Shown here: piece after piece, positions 28,050 to 47,945 of the stretch
Position numbering within the stretch: position 1 is the stretch's first letter
How the letters are laid out: each line of letters opens with the position of its first letter
Source of the DNA: the human T2T-CHM13v2.0 reference genome, Homo sapiens
DNA: 64,000 nucleotides
Assembly (NCBI RefSeq): GCF_009914755.1
Contig: NC_060947.1
Strand: one strand, 5' to 3'
Program-made: the position numbers and the translations under genes
The notes under the pieces: generated by a model
What the model saw: the letters and a program-made list of their open reading frames with translations, nothing else
Told to the model about the DNA's origin: nothing
Databases searched by the model: none

Positions 28050-29310
28050 AAATGGAAACAGGCACCAAAGAATCATCAAATATTTGAGAAAAACAAACAC
28101 CAATACCCAGAGGCAATTACCTAAGGGAAAATAATTTATAGAGTAAAAGAAAGAAGAGTTCAAAATCCATTTAATTTATGTTCTCAAAGAAATTTGAGAA
28201 GATACTGTACCCATTAACCTCCATCCTCCTCTCACCCCCAAAGTTCAGGCTACTATGAAATAGTCCTTGGAAATTAAAATTTTCATTACCAAAATAAAAG
28301 AGTTTGATAGATGGAATAAATAGCAAAATGTGTAGACCAGACAACCAAATTAGTTGGGAAGAAGTTCAAGGCAAGGGACCCTCCTACACCCTGTTACCAA
28401 AGAACAAAGTTATAGAAAAAAAGTCAAGAGATGGACCCATAGGACTTATTATAAAATGAAACTCTGAAAAACTTTCAGAAAATAGGAATGGGAATAAAAA
28501 GCTTATTCTACAGGAATCATAATATGTTTACCATCACATTTTTCACCTTCAACACTAGATGTCAGGAGAAAAATTATCAGTGTCTTCACCATTCTCCAGA
28601 AAATAATTTTGAACCCAGAATTTTATAGCCAGCCAAACTGTCATTTAAGTTAAGAGTAAAATAAAAATATATGGGCATATACAATGCAGAACATTTATTA
28701 CCCACGTATCTTCTCTGAACAAATTACTTACTTATACTTCAGTAAAAATAAAAATGAAACAAAGAAGAAAGAAGATGTGAGACATGAGAAAGCATGCTAA
28801 GCAAACAAAAGCAAAACAAAACACTAAACTATACAATTCATTCTAAGTAATTTTTTATAATATGGACTTGAAGCTTAAGTAATATTTTGAAATGTAGTAA
28901 AATAATGTAAAGACTTTGGTGGCAAATTGAAAATAAAATACCAGTAATTTCAATATGAGAAGTAGCTGGAGTGAAGAGTGAAGTAAAAGGATGTTTATTG
29001 GAGAAGAATATTGATATAACTACATGGTGATTAAAAACTGCAAGATTAAATGTTTGTTTGAAATGCTAAGGTAATCGTTACAAAAATAGAAATCATTTTT
29101 ACATCTTACAAACTACTAAGGGAAAAAAAGAACAAATAAAACTTGGTCAACCCATGGAAAGGAAAGAAAGAAAAGAAATAAAAACATTGTAAACAAGCCA
29201 GCAAACAAACAAACAAAAATTAAAACAAATAAAATAGCATGAATAAGCCCAAACATATCACTAATACATGTACATGAATTTTATTCTTCTATTAAAAGAA
29301 GAGACTCAGT
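28050..29310 (+). mobile_element. Highly diverged L1M (ORF1/inter-ORF) fragments
   Basis: aacccagaattttatagccagccaaactgtcatt and aataagcccaaacatatca motifs. Confidence 0.55.
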
Positions 29311-30257
29311 TCAGTGCAAGGTTTCAGCATTTTATTTTCTTTATTCATCAAGTCCTTACTTGAACACAGCTCTGTTTAATGTGTTCACAGTGAGTTTCAA
29401 AATAACATTAAAGATAAAGTAAGGTGAGAATCTGTCTGATTCTGGTGAGTCTGTTTCCTCAAAATGTAAAAGATACTTTTCTAGAGTGAAAGATTCATCC
29501 TTCATCTACTACACACATCTATTTGTAAGGAAAGACACATTGCTTAAATTCAGTGAATCAGAATATTTCCTTATTCCTTTCTATGTTAATGAGGGAGCTG
29601 CTCCTAAAAATCTAATATTAGGATATAGATCATGGACTTAATTTTTTTGTTACAAGAAAATTTGTAGTAATTAGTGTGATTAATAGTTCAAAAGTCAGAT
29701 ATGGATGTCAATCTAGGATCTTCCATTTGCTATCTGGTGGCTGATTATTATTTTCCTGTCTGAGTCATTTCTAATGTAAGTAAATGAGGATAATAATATC
29801 TTTCGAGTACTAGTATATTTTCTCACTCGTTTATATTCTTCTCCTGCCTTTCTCTTCTCTATCTATCTCCCTAACTGATGTTAAATACACTAAGTGTTTT
29901 CTATTAAAAGTATTTTTTTCTTGTTTCCTGGACCTATACCTCTCTATGGGCTTGATATGTAACTGGTACATACTAATAAAGCTATATTACTCATTTATGG
30001 CCTCTTCCATGCCTGTAACTATGTACTCTGTTCTCTTCTAGCATACTTTATACCAGTAAAAACCTAGAATTCAGATATCCTTGACACCTCCTTTTCTCCA
30101 ACTGCCCATATCTAATCCATCACAAAATCCAGCTATTTACCCCCCATTTATATCTCTAAAATCCATCCATTTCTCTCCATTTCCACTGCTGCTGTCTTTG
30201 TTCATGCTCAATCACCTCTTAACATGAATTACTCAATAGCCTCCTATTGCATCCAAC

Positions 30258-31152
30258 CTGGATTGTTTTCACATTTCGCCTATTATGAATAAAGCATCTG
30301 TGAACATTAGTGTACAGGATTTTGTGTCAACATGAGTTTTCATTTCCCTGGAAAAAAAGTCCCCAGAGTGCAATTGGTGGGTCATACAGTAGTAGTTGGA
30401 TATTTACTTTTTAAGAGACTACCAAGCTGTTTTTCCAGAGTGGCTGTACCATTTTAATTTCCACCAGCACTGTATTAGTGATCCAGCTTATCCCCCTCCT
30501 TGCCAGCATTTTATATTGTCACTATTTTTTGTTTCAGCCATTATAAGAGTGTACTGACATTTAATTATGGTTTTCATTTGCAGTTTCCTGATGGACAATG
30601 ATGATTTTATGTGCTTATTTTTTATCTGTATATTCTCTTTGGTAAAATATCTGTTCCTATCTTTTGCTTATTTCTGATCAGGATAGGTCGGGGGTTTTGT
30701 TTTGTTGTTAGGTTTTAGAGAATTCTTTATATATGCTTATCTATTGTCACATATGTGATTTGCAAATATTTTCTCCAAGATTGTGGCTTGACTTATCCTC
30801 TTTACAGGCTCTTTCAGAAGACAAAAGTTTTTAATTTTAATGATGTCCAATTTATGAAATTTTCTTTTTTATGGATTGTATTTTTGGTGTGAAGTTTAAG
30901 AATTTTTCCTGGCCCCAAAAGCTGATAATTTTATCTTATTTTTTAAAAAGTTTTATATTTTTCTTTCACATTTAAGTCTGTGGTCCACTTTAAATAATTT
31001 TTATATAAAGGTTGTGGTTTTTGACAAGGTTCATATTTTTTGTTTATAGATGTGCAATTGTTCCAGCACTATTTGTTGAAAGGCTTTAATTCCTCTATTG
31101 AATTGCTCTTGGATATGTTTGTATGGGTCTTTTTATGGATTTTTTTATGGGC
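30258..31152 (-). mobile_element. Old L1M ORF2-end fragment, cut by the inner breakpoint of the right arm
   Basis: ttttccagagtggctgtaccatttt, ttgcaaatattttctcc, ttccagcactatttgttgaaaagg. Confidence 0.75.
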
Positions 31153-31602
31153 TTGATATTAAGTACTGAAGTGGGAGAGTTCCCTGACCCCCTCACAGGA
31201 CTTGTGTCAGAGGTGTGGCTCACTTGCTTGGTTGCCTCAGGTTCAAACCTTTCATGGGAGGGGAAGCACACGGATGGGCAGATGCAGGAGCCAGGGAAAG
31301 TGTGTTTGGGTCTTGGCAGAAGCAAACTCCATGAAGGCCCCATGGCAGCATCTGGGGGCGGAGGTTGCCTGGAACTCCCAAAGACCCAGTGGGCATGTTA
31401 CAGTGCTCTTTTAGCTCTGCTGTCTGTGAATGGCTGAGTGTTAAACCAGCTCAGTGGAGAGTCAGTGTGGCAGCTTTTTTATTCTCTGCCCTTTTGGTAC
31501 CCAGGTTCTTCTCTGGCATCCAGGAAGAATCAGGTCACTTGGACATGAAGAATGCTGAATGTGGGGATTTTATTGAGTGATGGAAATGGCTCTCAGTGGG
31601 AG

Positions 31603-32578
<976 letters not shown>

Positions 32579-32589
32579 ACAATATATCC

Positions 32590-36606
<4,017 letters not shown>

Positions 36607-37230
36607 CAAGTGACAATAAAGCAATATAAGCATAAAAATGTTAAATACAACATAGATTAAGAATATTTCAATAACTGGAACATAAACAAAGGAGAATAGA
36701 AAATTTTAAATGCTAGGAACATTGGTGTCCAATTCTGAGTCATATAGAAGCATTCAAGCCTTATAAAGTGAAATCAATATTTTCTCAAATTGCTCTAACA
36801 CGCAAAAACAATGTCCGGTTTCTTTAAGATCAATCTCCAGCCTATAAGCTGAATATGAGTTGAAAAGAATCTTGAGTAAATTTTTATTTTTTAATTATAA
36901 ACATAAGTGTTAGAATTACTGAATATGAGCGAGAAAGAGTCTATGTTTGCAGGGTCAGAGATAATCTGAGCAAGGCCTGAAACTTCTTCAAATTTCTATA
37001 GATTCCTAGATAATGCTGTGGTTTTTTAAATTTTCTCTACTTGAACCCAAATAGTGCACTAAATTAGTATTCAGAATACCTTCACAAACAATACTCTGTC
37101 CAGTGCTTTCAGGATTATGAGAAAACTTGATTAACCAGTGAATATTTTAATTTTTATCTGCTATTGCTACTCTTAATCTGTTTTTTCAAGAGATGAAAGT
37201 CTTCGATTAGTTTGTATCTCAGAAAGCAAA

Positions 37231-37589
37231 TATACATATGTTTATACATATATGTATATATGTATATATATATTTATATATTAAATATATATGTTATATA
37301 ATATATAAATATATATGTTATATATATTTATATATTAAATATATATATTTCTATATATTTATATATTTATATATTTCTATATATTTATATATAAATGTAT
37401 ATATTTATATATATTTATATATAAATGTATATATTTATATATATTTATATATAAATGTATATATTTATATATAAATATATATATTTATATATTAAAATAT
37501 ATATTTATATATATTAAATATATATATTTATACACATATGTGTATATATGTGTGTGTGTGTGTATATATATATAGAGAGAGAGAGAGAG
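37231..37589. repeat. Expanded (TA)-rich / (TG)n / (GA)n simple repeat
   Basis: ~360 bp, including tandem ~30-bp units (atatttatatataaatgtatatatttatat). Confidence 0.95.
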
Positions 37590-38669
37590 AATGGAAGAAA
37601 TTGTGTAGATTTCAACTGCAAACACAAAAGAAACTAAATGGAAGGGAAAAGCCCTCCAAAATGTTACATTTTGGAGATATTAAATAAGATGCAATGAGTA
37701 ATTTTATGTAAGTGAAAAGTATTTGAGTGTTTCCATGGATAACGTGGTATTTCAAAAAGCTTTTTAGACTCCAAAATAGTCATAGAATAGATCATATTTA
37801 TATATTAGAGTCTCACTGTAAACATTGTTTACTGGTATTCTCTATATTCTAGGCCATCAGGAATGCCATTTTGAGGAATGTAGGTAATAAAGTTATCAAA
37901 AGGACCTTATTATGAAGTAGTGTCCTCTATTTTTGTCAACTGAGGGCATGGATTCTAAGGACAGTAAAGCTCTAGTGGATTTGATTTTACATATGCTTTT
38001 AAAATGTCAGATGGTACCTTTAATCCGTGGTTTTGAATAGTCACATGCCTTCTTTATAATTTATAATTTTAAAAATACCAAAATAAAAATTTTACAAATA
38101 TGTTAAAATATTTGCATATTTTCTCACTAGTTTGATCCATACCTGGATGACTGATATACCTCAAGCACTCCTAATTATTTATCAGCCTATCTAGAAATTG
38201 CATAGGAATATTTAAGGTATTTAAAAAGTATTCTAAATCCAAGATAATGTGGCATATTCCTTTCTCTCAAGGAGATTATAAAATGTAATTTCAATATGTT
38301 GGAAAGACTTATTTTAGAGCTGGAAAACTATGCACTTTTTCTTCCCAGTACCCCACACCCCTCTGGTGTTTACCCTTTATCACAGTTAATGTCCTCTTTG
38401 TCTCCAAGATATTTGCATTCAGGAAGCAATTAGAACTTTCTCTTCTGGCACAGAATTAGCACTATTTTTAAACTCCCAATTTCTTCAGTTCCATCCCTAA
38501 TATACCACACCATTCATATCCCTACCATGACTTGGGCAACAAACACCATCCCTTACACTTTCATTCTAGCATTCGCACTGCACACTCAGACATTGTGTCA
38601 ATTTCCTCTTTCTATATTTTCAATGGAAGTGTATGACATCATTGAAGTGAAAAAAAATATTACTTGTTT

Positions 38670-39076
<407 letters not shown>

Positions 39077-39998
39077 TTATTAAAATTATTTTTATGCTTT
39101 ACCATCTGTAAATTTGCCTAATTCCATTAAAAACAAATGAAGACAAAGCTGGGAAGCAAAAACAGAGGAAAAGAGTTTTCGTATACAAGTATATGTCGTA
39201 GATACACTAGGTTATTTGTGGACTTGCCTTGCTGGCAAAATAAAACTATCATTGTTTTATTCACATTGACTTTTGGCTCTTCCTGTGCCGCATTAACTTG
39301 AATAACCCAGGTAGTCTTCAAAGGAGGGATAGTTAGGTAAACTATACACTATTAGCGATTAGAGTAATACATCTTTAATATTTGCAAGCACTCCCTCTAA
39401 TATTGCTTAGAAATTTTGAATTTTACACATTAGGGAAATTGATAGCTGGGAATACTTCTGAAAGTGCCTTTTGTTCTCAGCTATTTCTGTTCTGAATACA
39501 ACACAAAACCCAATATGTTTTCTTGGTGATATCACATTCTACTTAATGCAAAACATCTGCCCTGCCAAAAGAACAACCTTGCCAGTGTTTGTCATAAGCC
39601 AGCAAATCACTGATCACTTTTCTACATTTATAAGAGGATCAGAATGGCTCTCCCAAACCAGTGTTATATTGGTCTTATATTTGAGGGCAATCAACTTTCT
39701 TCTGGTAAAGTGACTCTTTTATGTGCATTGTGCTAACATTGTTTCTTCAGCATCTATGGATTTCAGTTAACAGTTTATGAGAAATGCTAAAGGGATCCAT
39801 TTCAAAGAATATCGAAAATATTTAAAAAACAAATGACTTCTGGTGGAGGAGCATTTAATTTTATCTGTTAGAACAAGTTTGAAACTAGTCCTGATGTTTT
39901 CTAGGCAAGAGATTGGAGTTGGGAGGTTTGAAAACTAATATAGGCATTTTTGTTTGTTTGTTTGTTTGTTTTGCTATCATCAATGCAGTTGGACTTGA

Positions 39999-40283
<285 letters not shown>

Positions 40284-43200
40284 TGATCCACTGGCCTCGG
40301 CCTCCCAAAGTTCTGGGATTGCAGACATGAGCCACCATGGCCTGGCCTGTCATCTGCACTTTCTAAGCTTCTTAGTCGATTATATTTACATAACCAGTTA
40401 AAAATCTTGGCTCTAAAATATCTATGTAACAGGATTGTAGAAAGAAATGAAGACCACTGAAATGACAAGCCAAGGTTATTTTTATTCAGAGCTTGCTATA
40501 GCAAGGGAGTGAGCCACTGTCACTTACATTTGGAAGAGAGGCAGGAGAGTAGAAAGGCTCTATAGTGAAAAAGTGGAGCGACAAAGTATGCTATGATCAT
40601 AGGTTGAAGGCATGGGGAAGCTAGAGGCAGGCTAGCTAGAAGCAGAACATTCTGTGTGATTGGTTTGAGAAACATATTTGGCTCTCTAAGGTTCGTTCTG
40701 AGTTGGAAAGGGGGACAAAAATTAGAGAAGTTGGCAGTTATTGACTAAGTCCTGACTCATCTGGACTGATTGCTGCAGAAGATGTGATTTTTCTTCCTGG
40801 ACAGGTTGCTGCAGAGGTTGTGGATCAGAGTTCTGTTTTCATATATTGCCTGGCCATTGTTCATTGGCATATTAAGTCTTTCATGTTTCCAAACTAAAAA
40901 TGACTGACTTTATATAGAGGACCCCCAAAATAACTTCCATATCGGTTTATTGATGCCAAGCTTCTGATTTTGAATTCAAAATTCATTCCTTTGGTTTGAA
41001 ATTTTGTCTTTCAAGGAAATGCAAATCTAACTGGCAAATGGAATATATTAAATTTTGCCAGTTATGTGTGGTAAACCTATAATATTTACTCCTCGGATCT
41101 GGTTTTAATCGGTGCAAGAATGTATCATGAGTACTCTCGGTGTACATAAAGATGGTGAGAGATAAAGTTTCATCAAGGAATAAAATATTCCAATGCTTAA
41201 ATATTAAATATAACCTTACTAACTTCCAAATTTCACTGAGAAAGGACCTGTATCAGAAAAAGCCAATGGTTTTCTCTTTAGTAAAACTTCTTCATTTTAT
41301 TGGTAATTTTTCTTTTTTTTTTTTACTTTTATTTTAGGTTCGAGGTACATGCGAAGGTTTGTTACATAGGTAAAATCATGTCACAAGGAATTGTCATACA
41401 GATTATTTCATCACCCAGGAATTAAACCCAATAGTGACCTATTCTGTTCCTCTCCCTCTCATCCTCCACCTTCAAGCAGATGCCAATGTATGTTGTTTTC
41501 CTTCTTTGTGTTCATAAGTTCTTATCATTTAGCTCCCACTTATAAGTGAGAACATGCAGCATTTAGTGTCCTGTTTCTTGTTAGTTTGCTGAGGAAAATA
41601 GCCTCAAGCTCCATCCATGTTCCTGCAAAAGACATTATGTTGTTCTTTTTTTATGACTGTATAGTATTCCATGGTGAATATGTACCACATTTTCTTTATC
41701 CAATCTGTCATTGATGGGCATTTAGGTCCATTCCATGACCTACTATACTCCTTGAGAATAGTGCTGCAGTGAACATTCACGTGCATGTGTCTTTATGGTA
41801 GAAACATTTATATTCCTCTAGGTATATACCCAGTAATGCAAACGCTGGGTCAAATGGTAGTTCTGATTTTAGCTTTTTGAGGACTCTCCATACTGCTTTT
41901 CTCAATGGTTGAACTAATTTACACTTCCACCAAGGGTGTATAAGTGTTCCCTTTCCTCCACAACCTCACCAGCATCTGTTATTTTTTGACTTTTTAATAA
42001 TAACCATTTGGACAGGTGTGAGATATTATCTCTCTGTGGTTTTGATTTGCATTTCTCTAATTATCAGGGATACTGAGTTTTTTCTCAAATGCTTGTTGGT
42101 CACTTGAATGTCTTCTTTAGAAAAGTTTCTGTTCATGTCTTTCATCCACTTTTTTATAGGGTCGCTTGTTTTTTCTTATAAATTTGTATAAGTTCCTTAT
42201 AGATGTTGGAAATTAGACTTTTATCAGATGCATTGTTTGCAAAAACCTTCTCTCATTCTATAGGTTGTCAGTTTATTCTGTTGACAGTTTCCTTTGCTTT
42301 AGAGAGCTCTTACTTTTAATTAGATCCCACTTGTCAATTTTTGCTTTTGTTGTGATTGCTTTTGTTGTCTTTGTCATGAATAATTTGCCTGTTCCTATGT
42401 CCAGGATGGTATTGCCTAGGTTTTCTTTTAGGGTTTTTATATAAGTGTTTGGTTTTACACTTAAGTCTTTCATCCATCTTGAGTTGATTTTTGTGTATGG
42501 TGTAAGGAAGGGGTCCAACTTCATTCTTCTGCATATGGTTAGCCAGTGATCCCAGCACCATTTATTCAATAGGGAGTCTTTTCCTCATTGCTTGATTTTG
42601 TCAGCCTTGTCAAAGATTAGGTGGTTGTAGGTGTGCAGCCTTATTTCTGGGCTCTCTATTCTGTTCTGTTGGTCTATGTGCCTGCTTTTGTGCTAGTGCC
42701 ATGCTGTCTGCATTACTGTAGCCTTGTAGTATAGTTTGAAGTCAGGTACTATGATGCCTCCAGCTTTGTTTTCCTTTTCTTCCGATTGCCTTGGCTATTT
42801 GGGCTCTTTTTGGTTCCATATGAATTTTAAAATAGTTTTTTCTAGTTCTGTGAAGAATGTCATTGATAGTTTGATGGGAATAGCATTGAATCTTTAATTT
42901 CCTTTGGGCAGTATGGCCATTTCTTTGGGCAGTGTTTTGTAATTCTCTTTGTAGTGATCATTCACCTCCTTGGTTAGCTGTATTGTTAAGTATTTTATTC
43001 TTTTTGTGGCAATTGTGAATAGGATTTCCCTTCTAATTTGGCCCTTGACTTGGTTGTTGTTGGTGTATAGGACTGCTAGTGATTTTGGTACATTGATTTT
43101 GTGTTCTAGAAACTTTGCTGAAGTTGCTTATCAGCTGGAGAAGCTTTTGGGCCAAGACTTTGGGGTTTTCTAGATGTAGAATCATGTCATCTGCAAACAG

Positions 43201-44140
43201 AGACAGTTTGACTTCCTCCCTTCCTATTTGGATAACCATTATTTCTTTCTCCTGCCTGATTGCTCTGTCTAGGACTTCCAATACTATGCTGAAAAGGAGT
43301 GGCAATAGAAGACTTCCTTGTCTATTGGTAATGTATCATTCTAACAGACTTTTACTAGTTTTTCAAATATTATCCAACAGATGGCTCAAATTCTGCTCTT
43401 ATTTTAACCTCTTTCAAGAAAAACTCCACACAAATAATCATCTTTAAATTCATTTGATGTAAAAGAAAAAATCCTCAACCTAATGAGTTTAATATTAGCA
43501 GAAATATTAGGTAATTAGCTTTTTAAACAAAAAAACCCCACAAAATCAAAATAAATACAGTTGCTTTGAAGTCAATTGTGTTGGATGTGTTTGACTGTCC
43601 ATAAGCTGTTTTCACATTAGCCTATTCACTTTCCCTCTCAGCAGTAAATGGCCCTACAGTGATAGGCCAGAAAGCCTAAGGAAGAATGAAGTCAGTCAAT
43701 ATTTAAAGAAATTTCAAAAGCCAGAAATGAATTATAAACTTTAAAAACTAAATACTTGGTATTTTCCTCTCAAGTATAGAAAACCATCTACTTATGCAAA
43801 ATTTTACTAATGACTCTAGAAAATTTAGTCTTATTTTGACTAAATGGTCTGACTTCATTTTTCTTAAAACCTGATTGAATTTGTAAGTATAATGCAACAA
43901 AAATAAACTGCAATATATGAAGCTATTGTGAGTTAGAAAATGGTTGTTCTCTTTATATCAATTATCACCTTGATACCTAGGAAACTTAAGAAGCATCGTA
44001 GACAACTGGAAAACATTTAAATATTTTCATTTTTAATTATTAGGAATACATAATAGTTGCATACATTCATGAGGCTGACAAAAGATGGAAGTATATGTAG
44101 AATATTTTTCAAGAGTATAGTTGCATAAAAACTGACAAAC

Positions 44141-44996
44141 TTTTTTTTTTTTTCCAGGGGAAAACATGCATGGATTTATTTTTAAGAATTCCCAATAATG
44201 GGGGGAAAATTCAACATCTTTAAAAATGTGTTTATTTTTTAAAAAATCACTTGTGTACAAAAGTGTTTCGTAGTTTTTAATTCTCAAGACAAATACCCCA
44301 ACCCACAGCCCACGTTGCTTCAGTGGTATTTCTGATAACCCACCCATTTTCCCCTTACAGGAAGTTAACGGCTCAGAATAGACCCTCCTACAGAATTTAT
44401 CATTACTGACAGATTGTTTAGAATAGAGATCTAGAGAAGGTACCAGGCAAGGTTCCCTATAATGGCAGTAGACTTCCAGCAGACACCACAACAAAGCACC
44501 ATGAATTGCTGAAACCTAAAAAATAGATATTATTTTCAATAATATTTCATTTTCTATTGGAAAAGTTTTTAAAATTACATTAAATAAGTTTCTTTTCCCC
44601 CAAAGAAATAGTCTAGCTTTTATTATGATGCCTTTAAAAAGTAGGTAACAGCAAGCAGACAAGGATCGTTAACAGCACAGTGTAATGATTTCTATCCACT
44701 CACACCTGGAATCAAACTGACAAACTGTGCCACACCTGATTATATATAGCAGCATGGTTGAAATAACCAAGCAAAAGGTGACATATTCAAAACTTCCATT
44801 TAGGTGATCACAAGTTCATGAGGGTAGATTAGTCCAATAAAGCAGTAACAGAACAAATGGGACAAGGGAGACAGTAACATTCCCCTATCCCTATGCCACA
44901 AGATTTTTGATCTATATTGCAGCAGTGCCAATAGAACGTGTGACATAATATGTAGACACTGAAGAAAAGTCACACTTGAGAATAAAGGCAATTTAA
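44141..44996 (-). pseudogene. Duplicated (inverted) copy of the 3' UTR retrocopy
   Basis: Mirror of 9154-10005, with a T-tract at 44141 and CTGACAAACTTT TSD remnants on both sides. Confidence 0.8.
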
Positions 44997-47648
44997 AAAG
45001 CTGACAAACTTTCTAGATGACAGACCATAGGCCTCATATATTAACTGAGACATTATTCTGAACAAAAATGAAGGGTAGAAACCAGAAATAGTAAGTCAGT
45101 CATGTCTCCATCTTTCATGTTTACCCAACAGCCCCTGAGTAAGTGGTTTTTAAGGTGTGGATTTTGTATGTGCTCAAAGGTGAGCAAGAGATAAAATGAG
45201 GGATGAGGGAAAGGAGAGAGAAGGGACTTGCAGTATTTACTTATTTAGTGTTAAGACGCTAGATACTTTAAAATGTAATTCTGGAAGAGGTAACATACAA
45301 AGCCATTACTCATCATCAATAATGGAGTGTGAATTAGTAGTTTATATTTTCTTTGTGCAATTGTGAGAGCAGAATTTGGAAAACTAGCTGCACATGGTAC
45401 TTCTGATGGAATAGCATTTTGATTGTTGGTTATGAAAGAGTGAAGATACCACAGATAGTTTTAATAAGAGTATTCCTTACCATTAGAAAGTTCCTTACCA
45501 TTTTCAATTTGAAGGCTATTAGCACCAGAGTGTCTAATTTAGGAAGCAGATCATCAGATTTAAAAAGTTAGCACACATCACTCCCTGAAATCATGTATTT
45601 ATTTACATGCTTATTTTATCTTTATCTTTATATCTTTATCGTTATATCTTTATATATAAGTACTTGCTTATTGTGTCTTTCCTCCTTTAAAACAAATCTG
45701 AGAGCATAAGATCAGGGACTTTGCCTTGTTTGCCACTGCGTTCCCAGCACCTAGAGGAGTGTCTGCTACAGATATGAATTTGAAAAATATTTTTTGAGTG
45801 AATGAATTAAGTTAAATTATGGATCGATTACTCTTTTAATGCAAACTGCTTATAATGATATGGACAATGAAATCCAGGCTGAGTGGTCTCAGATGGAGAA
45901 GAGCAACTTGGTAACTGGAGCAAAGGTGACTCTCATTATGTTTTAGCAAAGAGACTGGCAGCATTTTGCCCTTGCCCAAAAGATTTCTGGAACTTTGTAC
46001 TTGAGAGAGATTATTTAGGATATCTGTGGGAAGAAACTTCAAAGCATCAAAGCATTCAAGAGATGACTTGAGTGCTGTTAAAGGGATTCCATTTTAAAAG
46101 GGAAACAGAGCATAAAAGTTTGGAAAATTTGCAGCCTGACAATGCTATAGAAAAGAAAATCCCATTTTCTGAGGAGAAATTCAAGTGGGCTACAGAAATC
46201 TGCATAAGTAACAAGGAGCCAAATGTTAATCCTCAAGACAATGTGGAAAATGTCTCCAGGGCATGTCAGAGGTCTTCACAGCAGCCCCTCCCATTACAGG
46301 CCTGGAGGCCTAGGAAGAAAAAGTGGTCTCCTGGGCTGGGCCCAGGGTCTCCCTGCTTGTGCAGCCTAGGGACTTGGTGCTGTGCATCACAGCTGCTCCA
46401 GCTGTGCCTGAAAGGAGCAAATGTAGAGCTTGGGTCATGGCTTCAGAGGGTGCAAGCCCCAAGCCTTGGCAGCTTCCATGTGGTGTAGAGCCTGCGAGTG
46501 CACAGAAGTCAAGAATTGTGGTTTGGGAACTTCTGTCTAGATTTCACAAGATGTATGGAAATGCCTGGCTGCCCAGGCAGAAGATTGCTGCAGGGGCAGG
46601 GCCCTCATGGAGAACCTCTGCTCTGACAGTGCGGAAGGGAAATGTGGGGTTGGAGTCCCCATACAGAGTCCCTACTGGAGTACTGCCTAGTGGAGCTGTG
46701 AGAAGAGGACCACCATCCTCCAGACCCCAGAATGGTAGATCCACTGACAGCTTGCACCATGTACCTGGAAAAGCCACAGACACTCAACGCCAGCCATGAA
46801 GGCAGCCAGAGGGAGGCTGTACCTTGCAAAGCCATGTGGGCAGAGATGCCCAAAACCATGGGAACCCACCTCTTGCATCAGCCTGAGAATGGACTAATAC
46901 AATAATAATAATAATTTGTAAATGTAAGATAGCAGGTACTTACATAAGTAATCCAATTTTTACATGTATAAAATAAAATATTAAAATTAGAAGACAATAA
47001 GAACTAAACAAGCAATTATCCCTTTAAAAAAAAAACTTCTTAGCAATAGAGATGGAATGAAAGCAAATCCAAATAACGATTCTGAGCCCAGATCACATTT
47101 AGGAGCTCTTAGAATTCTTGTTCTTTTGAGTGAAACCCACTCTGTCCACACAGAAGCTGCTCTGTATTTTGTTTTAATAATGCATAAAAGATATAATTTG
47201 ACACCTTAAATGAGGCATTGTTTGACTTCCCTCAAGATACTAATAATTTCTTTTAAAATTCATGCATACAATAATCATCGTTGTCCTTTTAGTGTTACTC
47301 TCTTGGGTAAGTAGTTACAATGTGCCAGTTCTAAAGCAGTCTTTCAAATAACTCACATGTATTTCTGAAATCTTAAATGGTCATTTCATTTTATAAATAA
47401 GAAATTCCAGTAATATGAAGCGCAGATCTTTTTAATGATTATCTCTCTTTCATCCAATCATTCAAGCTTCATACAAGCTTCCCCAATATCATATATTTTT
47501 TAGCAGAGATATAACTATGATGAATTTGAATAGTTATCAGATGAGGTTTTCTGAAAGCAGTTCTAACTTGCCTATCTAGATGCTAATTATTCTGTCAACT
47601 GATAAGACTCAAAGTCCGTTAAGATATCCCCTGAAAAAATTTATTAAA

Positions 47649-47945
47649 GGCTGGGTGCAGTGGCTCACTCCTGTAATCCCAGAACTTTGGGAGGCTGAGG
47701 TGGAAGGATCTCTTGGACCAGGAGTTCAAGACCAGCCTGGGCAAGATGACAAGACCCCATCTCTACAACAATTTTCATTTTTTAATTGGCCAAATGTTGT
47801 GGTGGCTTGCACCTGTGGTCCCAGCTACTGAGGAGGCTGAGGTGGGAAGATCACCTGCGCCTCAGGAGGTCGAGGCTGCAGTGAGCTATGATTGTGCCAC
47901 TCCACTCCAGCCTTGGTGACAGAGTGAGACTCTCTCAAAAAGAAA
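47649..47945 (+). mobile_element. AluJ-like
   Basis: Diverged Alu with caggaggtcgaggctgcagtgagctatgat and TSD-like tattaaa. Confidence 0.85.

Noticed and set aside
44033-44494. 153-aa ORF
   Set aside because: It runs through the 3' UTR retrocopy and its A-tail into flank, and is disrupted in the left-arm copy.
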